NCBI GenBank assembly: GCA_964016885.1
Contig: OZ024743.1
Span: 131,502,001 to 131,566,000, forward strand
DNA length: 64,000 bases
From: Eledone cirrhosa
Taxonomy: Eukaryota
Direction: 5' to 3'
Within the stretch, counting starts at the first letter, position 1. Each line of letters starts with the position of its first letter. The notes under the pieces are model-generated. The model was not told the DNA's origin. It made no database searches and saw only the letters and a list, made by a program, of their open reading frames with translations. This document shows, piece after piece, positions 27,541-44,300 of the stretch. The translations under genes and the position numbers were made by a program.

Positions 27541-30500
27541 AAGCCCCAAGCATCAAACACCAAGCACCCAGCACCAAACACCAAACACCAAGCACCAAGC
27601 ACCCAGAACAAAGCACCAAGAACCAAACACCAAACACCAAGCTCCAAGCACCAAACACCAAACACCAAGCACCAAGCACCAATCACCAAACACCAAACAC
27701 CAAGCACCAAGCACCAAACACCAAACACCAAGCACCAAGCACCAAACACCAAACACCAAGCACCAAGCACCCAGAACCAAACAGCAAACACCAAACACCA
27801 AACACCAAACACCAAACAGCAAACACCAAACAGCAAACACCAAACAGCAAACAGCAAACAAGCACCAAGCACCAAACACCAAGCACCAAGCACCAAACAA
27901 CAACACCAAGCACCAAGCACCAAACACCAAGCGCCAAGCACCAAACACCAAACACCAAGCTCCAAGCACCAAACACCATACACCAAGCACCAAGCACCAA
28001 ACACCAATCACCAAGCACCAAGCACCAAACCCCAAGCACCAAACACCAAGCACCAATCACCAAACACCAAACACCCAGCACCAAGCACCAAACACCAAGC
28101 ACCAAGCACCAAGCACCAAACACCAAGCACCAAGTACCAAACACCAAACACCAAGCACCAAGTACCAAACACCAAACACCAAGCACCAAGCACCAAACAC
28201 CAAACACCAAGCACCAAGCACCAAACACCAAACACCAGGCTCCAAGCACAAAACACCAAGCACCAAGCACCAAGCAACAAACACCAAACACCAAGCACCA
28301 AACACCAAGCACCAAGCTCCAAGCACCAAACACCAAGCACCAAGCACCAAACACCAAGCACCAAGCACCAAGCACCATGCACGAAACACCAAGCACCAAG
28401 CACCAAACAGCAAACACCAAACAGCAAACACCAAACAGCAAACACCAAACAGCAAACACCAAACACCAAGCACCAAGCACCAAACACCATACGCCAAACA
28501 CCAAACACCAAGCACCAAGCACCAAAGACCAAACACCAAGCACTAAGCACGAAACACCAAGCACCAAGCACCGAGCACCAAACACCAAACACCAAACACC
28601 AAGCACCAAGCACCAAACACCAAACACCAAGAACCAAGCACCAAACACCAAATACCAAGCACCAAGCACTAAACACCAAACACCAAGCACCAAACACCAA
28701 GCACCAAGCACCAAGCACCAAGCACCAAACACAAAACACCAAGTACCAAGCACCAAGCACCAAACACCAAACACCAAACACCAAGCACCAAGCACCAAAC
28801 ACCAAACACCAAGCACCAAGCACCAGAGACCAAGCACCAAGCACCAAGGACCAAACACCAAACACCAAACACCAGGCACAAAGCACCAAACACCAAGCAC
28901 CAAGCACCAAACACCAAAGACCAAGCACAAAGCACCAAAGAGCAAAAACAAAGCACCAAGCACCAAACACCAAACACCAAACACCAAACAGCAAACACAA
29001 AACACCAAACAGCAAACAACGAACAGCAAACAGCAAACAGCAAACAGCAAACACCAAACACCAAGCACCAAGCACCAAGCACCAAACACCAACACCAAGC
29101 ACCAAGCACCAAACACCAAGCACAAAACACCAAGCACCAAGCACCAAACACCAAACATCAAACAGCAATCACCAAACATCAAACAGCAAACAACAAACAC
29201 CAAATACCAAACATCAAACACCAAACAGCAAACAACAAACAACAAACGCTAAACATCAAACGCCAAACACCAAACGCCAAATAGCAAACACCAAACCGCA
29301 AACACCAAACACCAAACAGCAAACACCAAACACCAAACAGCGAACTCCAAACAGCAAACACCAAACAGCAAACAGCAAACAGCAAACACCAAACACCAAA
29401 CACCAAGCACCAAACTCCAAACACCAAGCACCAAGCACCAAGCACAAAACACCAAGCACCAAGCGCTAAACATAAAACACTAAGCACCAAGCACCAAGCA
29501 CCAAGCACCAAACACCAAACATCAAACACCAATCACCAAACATCAAACAGCAAACACCAAACACCAAACACCAAACCTCAAACACCAAATAGCAAACAAC
29601 AAACAACAAACGCCAAACATCAAACGCCAAACACAAACACCAAATAGCAAACACCAAACCGCAAACACCAAACACCAAACAGCAAACACCAAACACCAAA
29701 CAGCGAACACCAAACAGCAAACACCAAACAGCAAACACCAAACACCAAGCACCAAACACCAAACACCAAGCACGAAGCACCAAGCACAAAACACCAAGCA
29801 CCAAGCACCAAACACCAAGCACCAAACACCAAACACCAAGCACCAAGCGCCAAACACCAAGCACCAAGCACCAAGCACGAAACACCAAGCACCAATCACC
29901 AAACACCAAACACCAAGCACCAAACACCAAACAGCAAACACCAAACACCAAACAGTAAAAACCAAACACCAAACAGCAAACACCAAACACCAAACACCAA
30001 ACAGCAAACACCAAACAGCAAACACCAAACAGCAAACACCAAACAAACAGCAAACAGCAAACACCAAGCAGCAAACACCAAACAGCAAACACCAAACACC
30101 AAACACCAAATAGCAAACACCAAACAGCAAACACCAAACAGCAAACACCAAACAGCAAACACCAGACAGCAAACAGCAAACACCAAACACCAAACACCAA
30201 GCACCAAGCACCAATCAGCAAGCACCAAGCACTAAACACCAAACACCAAGCACCAAGCACCAAGCACCAAACAGCAAGCACCAAGCACCATGCACCAAAC
30301 GCCAAGCACCAAGCACCAAACACCAAGCACCAAGCACCAAGGACCAAACACCAAGCACCAAAGACCAAGCACCAAATACCAAGCACCAAGCACCAAACAC
30401 CAATCACCAAGCACCAAGCACCAAACACCAAGAACAAAGCACTAATCACTAAACACCAAACACCAAGCACCAAGCACCAAACACCAAACACCAAGCACCA

Positions 30501-33500
30501 AGTACCAAACACCAAACACCAAACACCAAGCACCAAGCACCAAATCCCAAGCACCAAACACCAAGCACCAAGCACCAAACACCAAACACCAAGCACGAAG
30601 CACCAAGCATCAAATACCAAACACCAAACACCAAGCACCACACATCAAACACCAAGCACGAAGCACCCATCGCCAAGCACCAAGCACCAAGCAATAAACA
30701 CAAAGCACCAAGCACCAAGCACCAAGCACCAAGCACCAAGCACCAAACACCAAGCACCAAGCACCCAACACCAAACACCAATCACCAAGCACCAAAGAGC
30801 AAACACGAAGCCCCAAGCACCAAACACCCAACACCAAACACCAAACATCAAACACCAATCACGAATCACAAAACACCAAACACCAAACATCAAACACCAA
30901 TCACGAATCACCAAGCACCAAACACCAAACACCAAGCACCAAGCACCAAGCACCAAACACCAAACACCAAGCACCAAGCACTAAACACCAAACACCAAGC
31001 ACCAAGCACCAAGCACCAAACACCAAGCACCAAGCACCAAGCACCAAACACCAAGCACCAAGCACCAAACACCAAACACCAAGCACCAAACACCAAGCAC
31101 CAAACAGCAAGCACCAAGCACCAAGCACCAGACACCAAGCACCAAACACCAAGCACCAAGCCCCAAGCACCAAACACCAAGCACCAAGCACCAAGCACCA
31201 AGCACCATGCACCAAACACCAAGCACCAAGCACCAAACAGCAAACACCAAACAGCAAACACCAAACAGCAAACACCAAACAGCAAACACCAAACAGCAAA
31301 CACCAAACACCAAACACCAAACAGCAAATGCCAAAAAGCAAACGCCAAACCCCAAACGCCAAACAGCAAATGCCAAACCCCAAACGTCAAACAGCAAACG
31401 CCAAGCGCCAAACGCCAAACACCAAGTGCCAAGCACCAAACACCAAACACCAAGCACCAAGCACCAAGCACCAAACACCAAACACCAAGCACCAAGTACC
31501 AAACACCAAACACCAAGCACCAAACACCAAACAGCAAACGCCAAAAAGCAAACGCCAAACCCCATACGCCAAACAGCAAATGCCAAACCCCAAACGCCAA
31601 ACAGCAAACGCCAAGCACCAAACACCAAACACCAAGCGCCAAGCACCAAACACCAAACACCAAGCACCAATCACCAAACACCAAGCACCAAGCGCCAAGC
31701 ACCAAACACCAAACACCTAGCACCAAGCACCAAGCACCAAACACCAAGTACCAAACACCAATCACCAAGCCCCAAGCACCAAACACCAAGCGCCAAGCAC
31801 CAAACACCAAACACCAAGCACCAAGCACCCAGAACCAAGCACCAAGCACCAAACACCAAGCACCAAGCACCGAGCACCAAACACCAAGAACCAAGCACCA
31901 AGCTCTAAACACCAAACACCAAGCACCAAGCACCAAACACCAAACACCAAACACCAAACACCAAACACCAAACAGCAAATGCCAAACAGCAAACGCCAAA
32001 CACCAAACACCAAATAGCAAACACCAAACAGCAAACACCAAACAGCAAACACCAAACAGCAAACACCAGACAGCAAACAGCAAACACCAAACACCAAACA
32101 CCAAGCACCAAGCACCAAACACCAAGCACCAAGCAACAAGCACCAATCACCAAGCACCAAGCACTAAACACCAAACACCAAGCACCAAGCACCAAGCACC
32201 AAACAGCAAGCACCAAGCACCATGCACCAAACGCCAAGCACCAAGCACCAAACACCAAGCACCAAGCACCAAGCACCAAACACCAAGCACCAAAGACCAA
32301 GCACCAAATACCAAGCACCAAGCACCAAACACCAATCACCAAACACCAAGCACCAAACACCAAGAACCAAGCACCAATCACTAAACACCAAACACCAAGC
32401 ACCAAGCACCAAACACCAAACACCAAGCACCAAGTACCAAACACCAAACACCAAACACCAAGCACCAAGCACCAAATCCCAAGCACCAAACACCAAGCAC
32501 CAAGCACCAAACACCAAACACCAAGCACGAAGCACCAAGCATCAAATACCAAACACCAAACACCAAGCACCACACATCAAACACCAAGCACGAAGCACCA
32601 ATCGCCAAGCACCAAGCACCAAGCAATAAACACAAAGCACCAAGCACCAAGCACCAAGCACCAAGCACCAAGCACCAAACACCAAGCACCAAGCACCCAA
32701 CACCAAACACCAATCACCAAGCACCAAAGAGCAAACACGAAGCCCCAAGCACCAAACACCCAACACCAAACACCAAACATCAAACACCAATCACGAATCA
32801 CAAAACACCAAACACCAAACATCAAACACCAATCACGAATCACCAAGCACCAAACACCAAACACCAAGCACCAAGCACCAAGCACCAAACACCAAACACC
32901 AAGCACCAAGCACTAAACACCAAACACCAAGCACCAAACACCAAGCACCAAGCACCAAGCACCAAGCACCAAGCACCAAACACCAAGCACCAAGCACCAA
33001 ACAGCAAACACCAAGCACCAAACACCAAACACCAAGCACCAAGCACCAAACACCAAACACCAAACACCAAGCACCAAGCCCCAAGCACCAAACACCAAGC
33101 ACCAAGCACCAAACACCAAGCACGAAGCACCAAGCACCATGCACCAAACACCAAGCACCAAGCACCAAACAGCAAACACCAAACAGCAAACACCAAACAC
33201 CAAACACCAACAAGCAAACACCAAACACCAAACACCAAACAGCAAACACCAAACAGCAAACACCAAACAGCAAACACCAAACACCAAACACCAAACAGCA
33301 AATGCCAAAAAGCAAACGCCAAACCCCAAACGCCAAACAGCAAATGCCAAACCCCAAACGCCAAACAGCAAACGCCAAGCGCCAAACGCCAAACACCAAG
33401 TGCCAAGCACCAAACACCAAACACCAAGCACCAAGCACCAAGCACCAAACACCAAACACCAAGCACCAAGTACCAAACACCAAACACCAAGCACCAAACA

Positions 33501-35394
33501 CCAAACAGCAAACGCCAAAAAGCAAACGCCAAACCCCATACGCCAAACAGCAAATGCCAAACCCCAAACGCCAAACAGCAAACGCCAAGCACCAAACACC
33601 AAACACCAAGCGCCAAGCACCAAACACCAAACACCAAGCACCAAGCACCAAACACCAAACACCAAGCACCAATCACCAAACACCAAGCACCAAGCGCCAA
33701 GCACCAAACACCAAACACCTAGCACCAAGCACCAAGCACCAAACACCAAGTACCAAACACCAATCACCAAGCCCCAAGCACAAAACACCAAGCGCCAAGC
33801 ACCAAACACCAAACACCAAGCACCAAGCACCCAGAACCAAGCACCAAGCACCAAACACCAAGCACCAAGCACCGAGCACCAAACACCAAGAACCAAGCAC
33901 CAAGCTCTAAACACCAAACACCAAGCACCAAGCACCAAACACCAAACACCAAACACCAAACACCAAACACCAAACAGCAAATGCCAAAAAGCAAACGCCA
34001 AACCCCAAACCCCAAACGCCAAACACCAAGCGCCAAGCACCAAACACCAAACACCAAGCACCAAGCACCAAACACCAAACACCAAGCACCAAGTACCAAA
34101 CACCAAACACCAAGCACCAAACACCAAACAGCAAACGCCAAAAAGCAAACGCCAAAACCCATACGCCAAACAGCAAATGCCAAACCCCAAACGCCAAACA
34201 GCAAACGCCAAGCACCGAACACCAAACACCAAGCGCCAAGCACCAAACACCAAACACCAAGCACCAAGCACCAAACACCAAACACCAAGCACCAATCACC
34301 AAACACCAAGCACCAAGCGCCAAGCACCAAACACCAAACACCTAGCACCAAGCACCAAGCACCAAACACCAAGTACCAAACACCAATCACCAAGCCCCAA
34401 GCACCAAACACCAAGCACCAAGCACCAAACACCAAACACCAAGCACCAAGCACCCAGAACCAAGCACCAAGCACCAAACACCAAGCACCAAGCACCGAGC
34501 ACCAAACACCAAGAACCAAGCACCAAGCACTAAACACCAAACACCAAACACCAAGCGCCAAGCACCAAACACCAAACACCAAGCACCAAGCACCAAACAC
34601 CAAACACCAAGCACAAATCACCAAACACCAAACACCAAGCGCCAAACACCAAACACCAAACACCTAGCACCAAGCACCAAGCACCAAACACCAAGCACCA
34701 AACACCAAGCACCAAGCACCAAGCACCAAGCACCAAGCACCAAACACCAATCACCAAGCCCCAAGCATCAAACACCAAGCACCCAGCACCAAACACCAAA
34801 CACCAAGCACCAAGCACCCAGAACAAAGCACCAAGAACCAAACACCAAACACCAAGCTCCAAGCACCAAACACCAAACACCAAGCACCAAGCACCAATCA
34901 CCAAACACCAAACACCAAGCACCAAGCACCAAACACCAAACACCAAGCACCAAGCACCAAACACCAAACACCAAGCACCAAGCACCCAGAACCAAACAGC
35001 AAACACCAAACACCAAACACCAAACACCAAACAGCAAACACCAAACAGCAAACACCAAACAGCAAACAGCAAACAAGCACCAAGCACCAAACACCAAGCA
35101 CCAAGCACCAAACAACAACACCAAGCACCAAGCACCAAACACCAAGCGCCAAGCACCAAACACCAAACACCAAGCTCCAAGCACCAAACACCATACACCA
35201 AGCACCAAGCACCAAACACCAATCACCAAGCACCAAGCACCAAACCCCAAGCACCAAACACCAAGCACCAATCACCAAACACCAAACACCCAGCACCAAG
35301 CACCAAACACCAAGCACCAAGCACCAAGCACCAAACACCAAGCACCAAGTACCAAACACCAAACACCAAGCACCAAGTACCAAACACCAAACAC

Positions 35395-38300
35395 CAAGCA
35401 CCAAGCACCAAACACCAAACACCAAGCACCAAGCACCAAACACCAAACACCAGGCTCCAAGCACAAAACACCAAGCACCAAGCACCAAGCAACAAACACC
35501 AAACACCAAGCACCAAACACCAAGCACCAAGCTCCAAGCACCAAACACCAAGCACCAAGCACCAAACACCAAGCACCAAGCACCAAGCACCATGCACGAA
35601 ACACCAAGCACCAAGCACCAAACAGCAAACACCAAACAGCAAACACCAAACAGCAAACACCAAACAGCAAACACCAAACACCAAGCACCAAGCACCAAAC
35701 ACCATACGCCAAACACCAAACACCAAGCACCAAGCACCAAAGACCAAACACCAAGCACTAAGCACGAAACACCAAGCACCAAGCACCGAGCACCAAACAC
35801 CAAACACCAAACACCAAGCACCAAGCACCAAACACCAAACACCAAGAACCAAGCACCAAACACCAAATACCAAGCACCAAGCACTAAACACCAAACACCA
35901 AGCACCAAACACCAAGCACCAAGCACCAAGCACCAAGCACCAAACACAAAACACCAAGTACCAAGCACCAAGCACCAAACACCAAACACCAAACACCAAG
36001 CACCAAGCACCAAACACCAAACACCAAGCACCAAGCACCAGAGACCAAGCACCAAGCACCAAGGACCAAACACCAAACACCAAACACCAGGCACAAAGCA
36101 CCAAACACCAAGCACCAAGCACCAAACACCAAAGACCAAGCACAAAGCACCAAAGAGCAAAAACAAAGCACCAAGCACCAAACACCAAACACCAAACACC
36201 AAACAGCAAACACCAAACACCAAATAGCAAACACCAAAGGGCAAACTCCAAACACCAAACAGCAAACACAAAACACCAAACAGCAAACAACGAACAGCAA
36301 ACAGCAAACAGCAAACAGCAAACACCAAACACCAAGCACCAAGCACCAAGCACCAAACACCAACACCAAGCACCAAGCACCAAACACCAAGCACAAAACA
36401 CCAAGCACCAAGCACCAAACACCAAACATCAAACAGCAATCACCAAACATCAAACAGCAAACAACAAACACCAAATACCAAACATCAAACACCAAACAGC
36501 AAACAACAAACAACAAACGCTAAACATCAAACGCCAAACACCAAACGCCAAATAGCAAACACCAAACCGCAAACACCAAACACCAAACAGCAAACACCAA
36601 ACACCAAACAGCGAACTCCAAACAGCAAACACCAAACAGCAAACAGCAAACAGCAAACACCAAACACCAAACACCAAGCACCAAACTCCAAACACCAAGC
36701 ACCAAGCACCAAGCACAAAACACCAAGCACCAAGCGCTAAACATAAAACACTAAGCACCAAGCACCAAGCACCAAGCACCAAACACCAAACATCAAACAC
36801 CAATCACCAAACATCAAACAGCAAACACCAAACACCAAACACCAAACCTCAAACACCAAATAGCAAACAACAAACAACAAACGCCAAACATCAAACGCCA
36901 AACACAAACACCAAATAGCAAACACCAAACCGCAAACACCAAACACCAAACAGCAAACACCAAACACCAAACAGCGAACACCAAACAGCAAACACCAAAC
37001 AGCAAACACCAAACACCAAGCACCAAACACCAAACACCAAGCACGAAGCACCAAGCACAAAACACCAAGCACCAAGCACCAAACACCAAGCACCAAACAC
37101 CAAACACCAAGCACCAAGCGCCAAACACCAAGCACCAAGCACCAAGCACGAAACACCAAGCACCAATCACCAAACACCAAACACCAAGCACCAAACACCA
37201 AACAGCAAACACCAAACACCAAACAGTAAAAACCAAACACCAAACAGCAAACACCAAACACCAAACACCAAACAGCAAACACCAAACAGCAAACACCAAA
37301 CAGCAAACACCAAACAAACAGCAAACAGCAAACACCAAGCAGCAAACACCAAACAGCAAACACCAAACACCAAACACCAAATAGCAAACACCAAACAGCA
37401 AACACCAAACAGCAAACACCAAACAGCAAACACCAGACAGCAAACAGCAAACACCAAACACCAAACACCAAGCACCAAGCACCAATCAGCAAGCACCAAG
37501 CACTAAACACCAAACACCAAGCACCAAGCACCAAGCACCAAACAGCAAGCACCAAGCACCATGCACCAAACGCCAAGCACCAAGCACCAAACACCAAGCA
37601 CCAAGCACCAAGGACCAAACACCAAGCACCAAAGACCAAGCACCAAATACCAAGCACCAAGCACCAAACACCAATCACCAAGCACCAAGCACCAAACACC
37701 AAGAACAAAGCACTAATCACTAAACACCAAACACCAAGCACCAAGCACCAAACACCAAACACCAAGCACCAAGTACCAAACACCAAACACCAAACACCAA
37801 GCACCAAGCACCAAATCCCAAGCACCAAACACCAAGCACCAAGCACCAAACACCAAACACCAAGCACGAAGCACCAAGCATCAAATACCAAACACCAAAC
37901 ACCAAGCACCACACATCAAACACCAAGCACGAAGCACCCATCGCCAAGCACCAAGCACCAAGCAATAAACACAAAGCACCAAGCACCAAGCACCAAGCAC
38001 CAAGCACCAAGCACCAAACACCAAGCACCAAGCACCCAACACCAAACACCAATCACCAAGCACCAAAGAGCAAACACGAAGCCCCAAGCACCAAACACCC
38101 AACACCAAACACCAAACATCAAACACCAATCACGAATCACAAAACACCAAACACCAAACATCAAACACCAATCACGAATCACCAAGCACCAAACACCAAA
38201 CACCAAGCACCAAGCACCAAGCACCAAACACCAAACACCAAGCACCAAGCACTAAACACCAAACACCAAGCACCAAGCACCAAGCACCAAACACCAAGCA

Positions 38301-41300
38301 CCAAGCACCAAGCACCAAACACCAAGCACCAAGCACCAAACACCAAACACCAAGCACCAAACACCAAGCACCAAACAGCAAGCACCAAGCACCAAGCACC
38401 AGACACCAAGCACCAAGCACCAAACACCAAACACCAAGCACCAAGCACTAAACACCAAACACCAAGCACCAAGCACCAAGCACCAAGCACCAAGCACCAA
38501 ACACCAAGCACCAAGCAGCAAGCACCAAGCACCAAGCACCAAACACCAAGCACCAAGCACCAAACAGCAAACACCAAGCACCAAACACCAAACACCAAGC
38601 ACCAAGCACCAAACACCAAACACCAAACACCAAGCAGCAAGCCCCAAGCACCAAACACCAAGCACCAAGCACCAAACACCAAGCACGAAGCACCAAGCTC
38701 CATGCACCAAACACCAAGCACCAAGCACCAAACAGCAAACACCAAACAGCAAACACCAAACACCAAACACCAACCAGCAAACACCAAACACCAAACACCA
38801 AACACCAAACACCAAACAGCAAACACCAAACAGCAAACACCAAACACCAAAGACCAAACAGCAAATGCCAAAAAGCAAACGCCAAACCCCAAACGCCAAA
38901 CAGCAAATGCCAAACCCCAAACGCCAAACAGCAAACGCCAAGCGCCAAACGCCAAACACCAAGTGTCAAGCACCAAACACCAAACACCAAGCACCAAGCA
39001 CCAAGCACCAAACACCAAACACCAAGCACCAAGTACCAAACACCAAACACCAAGCACCAAACACCAAACAGCAAACGCCAAAAAGCAAACGCCAAACCCC
39101 ATACGCCAAACAGCAAATGCCAAACCCCAAACGCCAAACAGCAAACGCCAAGCACCAAACACCAAGCACCAAGCACCAAACACCAAACACCAAGCACCAA
39201 TCACCAAACACCAAGCACCAAGCGCCAAGCACCAAACACCAAACACCTAGCACCAAGCACCAAGCACCAAACACCAAGTACCAAACACCAATCACCAAGC
39301 CCCAAGCACCAAACAACAAGCGCCAAGCACCAAACACCAAACACCATGCACCAAGCACCCAGAACCAAGCACCAAGCACCAAACACCAAGCACCAAGCAC
39401 CGAGCACCAAACACCAAGAACCAAGCACCAAGCTCTAAACACCAAACACCAAACACCAAGCACCAAACACCAAACACCAAACACCAAACACCAAACAGCA
39501 AATGCCAAAAAGCAAACGCCAAATCCCAAACGCCAAACAGTAAATGCCAAACCCCAAACGCCAAACAGCAAACGCCAAACAGCAAACACCAAACAGCAAA
39601 CAGCAAACAGCAAACACCAAACACCAAACACCAAGCACCAAACTCCAAACACCAAGCACCAAGCACCAAGCACAAAACACCAAGCACCAAGCGCTAAACA
39701 TAAAACACTAAGCACCAAGCACCAAGCACCAAGCACCAAACACCAAACATCAAACACCAATCACCAAACATCAAACAGCAAACACCAAACACCAAACACC
39801 AAACATCAAACACCAAATAGCAAACAACAAACAACAAACGCCAAACATCAAACGCCAAACACAAACACCAAATAGCAAACACCAAACCGCAAACACCAAA
39901 CACCAAACAGCAAACACCAAACACCAAACAGCGAACACCAAACAGCAAACACCAAACAGCAAACACCAAACACCAAGCACCAAACACCAAACACCAAGCA
40001 CGAAGCACCAAGCACAAAACACCAAGCACCAAGCACCAAACACCAAGCACCAAACACCAAACACCAAGCACCAAGCGCCAAACACCAAGCACCAAGCACC
40101 AAGCACGAAACACCAAGCACCAATCACCAAACACCAAACACCAAGCACCAAACACCAAACAGCAAACACCAATCACCAAACACCAAACACCAAACAGCAA
40201 ACACCAATCACCAAACACCAAACACCAAACACCAAACAGTAAACACCAAACACCAAACAGCAAACACCAAACACCAAACACCAAACAGCAAACACCAAAC
40301 ACCAAACACCAAACAGCAAACACCAAACAAACAGCAAACAGGAAACACCAAGCAGCAAACACCAAACAGCAAACACCAAACACCAAACACCAAATAGCAA
40401 ACACCAAACAGCAAACACCAAACAGCAAACACCAAACAGCAAACACCAGACAGCAAACAGCAAACACCAAACACCAAACACCAAGCACCAAGCACCAAAC
40501 ACCAAGCACCAAGCAACAAGCACCAATCACCAAGCACCAAGCACTAAACACCAAACACCAAGCACCAAGCACCAAGCACCAAACAGCAAGCACCAAGCAC
40601 CATGCACCAAACGCCAAGCACCAAGCACCAAACACCAAGCACCAAGCACCAGGCACCAAACACCAAGCCCCAAAGACCAAGCACCAAATACCAAGCACCA
40701 AGCACCAAACACCAATCACCAAGCACCAAGCACCAAGCACCAAATCCCAAGCACCAAACACCAAGCACCAAGCACCAAACACCAAACACCAAGCACGAAG
40801 CACCAAGCATCAAATACCAAACACCAAACACCAAGCACCACACATCAAACACCAAGCACGAAGCACCAATCGCCAAGCACCAAGCACCAAGCAATAAACA
40901 CAAAGCACCAAGCACCAAGCACCAAGCACCAAGCACCAAGCACCAAACACCAAACACCAAGCACCAAGCACCAAACACCAAACACCAGGCTCCAAGCACA
41001 AAACACCAAGCACCAAGCACCAAGCAACAAACACCAAACACCAAGCACCAAACACCAAGCACCAAGCTCCAAGCACCAAACACCAAGCACCAAGCACCAA
41101 ACACCAAGCACCAAGCACCAAGCACCATGCACGAAACACCAAGCACCAAGCACCAAACAGCAAACACCAAACAGCAAACACCAAACAGCAAACACCAAAC
41201 AGCAAACACCAAACACCAAGCACCAAGCACCAAACACCATACGCCAAACACCAAACACCAAGCACCAAGCACCAAAGACCAAACACCAAGCACTAAGCAC

Positions 41301-44300
41301 GAAACACCAAGCACCAAGCACCGAGCACCAAACACCAAACACCAAACACCAAGCACCAAGCACCAAACACCAAACACCAAGAACCAAGCACCAAACACCA
41401 AATACCAAGCACCAAGCACTAAACACCAAACACCAAGCACCAAACACCAAGCACCAAGCACCAAGCACCAAGCACCAAACACAAAACACCAAGTACCAAG
41501 CACCAAGCACCAAACACCAAACACCAAACACCAAGCACCAAGCACCAAACACCAAACACCAAGCACCAAGCACCAGAGACCAAGCACCAAGCACCAAGGA
41601 CCAAACACCAAACACCAAACACCAGGCACAAAGCACCAAACACCAAGCACCAAGCACCAAACACCAAAGACCAAGCACAAAGCACCAAAGAGCAAAAACA
41701 AAGCACCAAGCACCAAACACCAAACACCAAACACCAAACAGCAAACACCAAACACCAAATAGCAAACACCAAAGGGCAAACTCCAAACACCAAACAGCAA
41801 ACACAAAACACCAAACAGCAAACAACGAACAGCAAACAGCAAACAGCAAACAGCAAACACCAAACACCAAGCACCAAGCACCAAGCACCAAACACCAACA
41901 CCAAGCACCAAGCACCAAACACCAAGCACAAAACACCAAGCACCAAGCACCAAACACCAAACATCAAACAGCAATCACCAAACATCAAACAGCAAACAAC
42001 AAACACCAAATACCAAACATCAAACACCAAACAGCAAACAACAAACAACAAACGCTAAACATCAAACGCCAAACACCAAACGCCAAATAGCAAACACCAA
42101 ACCGCAAACACCAAACACCAAACAGCAAACACCAAACACCAAACAGCGAACTCCAAACAGCAAACACCAAACAGCAAACAGCAAACAGCAAACACCAAAC
42201 ACCAAACACCAAGCACCAAACTCCAAACACCAAGCACCAAGCACCAAGCACAAAACACCAAGCACCAAGCGCTAAACATAAAACACTAAGCACCAAGCAC
42301 CAAGCACCAAGCACCAAACACCAAACATCAAACACCAATCACCAAACATCAAACAGCAAACACCAAACACCAAACACCAAACCTCAAACACCAAATAGCA
42401 AACAACAAACAACAAACGCCAAACATCAAACGCCAAACACAAACACCAAATAGCAAACACCAAACCGCAAACACCAAACACCAAACAGCAAACACCAAAC
42501 ACCAAACAGCGAACACCAAACAGCAAACACCAAACAGCAAACACCAAACACCAAGCACCAAACACCAAACACCAAGCACGAAGCACCAAGCACAAAACAC
42601 CAAGCACCAAGCACCAAACACCAAGCACCAAACACCAAACACCAAGCACCAAGCGCCAAACACCAAGCACCAAGCACCAAGCACGAAACACCAAGCACCA
42701 ATCACCAAACACCAAACACCAAGCACCAAACAGCAAACAGCAAACACCAAACACCAAACAGTAAAAACCAAACACCAAACAGCAAACACCAAACACCAAA
42801 CACCAAACAGCAAACACCAAACAGCAAACACCAAACAGCAAACACCAAACAAACAGCAAACAGCAAACACCAAGCAGCAAACACCAAACAGCAAACACCA
42901 AACACCAAACACCAAATAGCAAACACCAAACAGCAAACACCAAACAGCAAACACCAAACAGCAAACACCAGACAGCAAACAGCAAACACCAAACACCAAA
43001 CACCAAGCACCAAGCACCAATCAGCAAGCACCAAGCACTAAACACCAAACACCAAGCACCAAGCACCAAGCACCAAACAGCAAGCACCAAGCACCATGCA
43101 CCAAACGCCAAGCACCAAGCACCAAACACCAAGCACCAAGCACCAAGGACCAAACACCAAGCACCAAAGACCAAGCACCAAATACCAAGCACCAAGCACC
43201 AAACACCAATCACCAAGCACCAAGCACCAAACACCAAGAACAAAGCACTAATCACTAAACACCAAACACCAAGCACCAAGCACCAAACACCAAACACCAA
43301 GCACCAAGTACCAAACACCAAACACCAAACACCAAGCACCAAGCACCAAATCCCAAGCACCAAACACCAAGCACCAAGCACCAAACACCAAACACCAAGC
43401 ACGAAGCACCAAGCATCAAATACCAAACACCAAACACCAAGCACCACACATCAAACACCAAGCACGAAGCACCCATCGCCAAGCACCAAGCACCAAGCAA
43501 TAAACACAAAGCACCAAGCACCAAGCACCAAGCACCAAGCACCAAGCACCAAACACCAAGCACCAAGCACCCAACACCAAACACCAATCACCAAGCACCA
43601 AAGAGCAAACACGAAGCCCCAAGCACCAAACACCCAACACCAAACACCAAACATCAAACACCAATCACGAATCACAAAACACCAAACACCAAACATCAAA
43701 CACCAATCACGAATCACCAAGCACCAAACACCAAACACCAAGCACCAAGCACCAAGCACCAAACACCAAACACCAAGCACCAAGCACTAAACACCAAACA
43801 CCAAGCACCAAGCACCAAGCACCAAACACCAAGCACCAAGCACCAAGCACCAAACACCAAGCACCAAGCACCAAACACCAAACACCAAGCACCAAACACC
43901 AAGCACCAAACAGCAAGCACCAAGCACCAAGCACCAGACACCAAGCACCAAGCACCAAACACCAAACACCAAGCACCAAGCACTAAACACCAAACACCAA
44001 GCACCAAGCACCAAGCACCAAGCACCAAGCACCAAACACCAAGCACCAAGCAGCAAGCACCAAGCACCAAGCACCAAACACCAAGCACCAAGCACCAAAC
44101 AGCAAACACCAAGCACCAAACACCAAACACCAAGCACCAAGCACCAAACACCAAACACCAAACACCAAGCAGCAAGCCCCAAGCACCAAACACCAAGCAC
44201 CAAGCACCAAACACCAAGCACGAAGCACCAAGCTCCATGCACCAAACACCAAGCACCAAGCACCAAACAGCAAACACCAAACAGCAAACACCAAACACCA

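Larger units (their letters stand above)
23918..38410 (+). repeat. Near-identical tandem duplication, unit ~7.2 kb (junction ~31135)
   Basis: Constant offset 7215 (24113/31328, 25007/32222, 26766/33981, 28377/35592), then 7271 (29466/36737, 30610/37881) after a 56-bp deletion near 28990 that removes the GGG landmark from copy 1. Confidence 0.92.
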
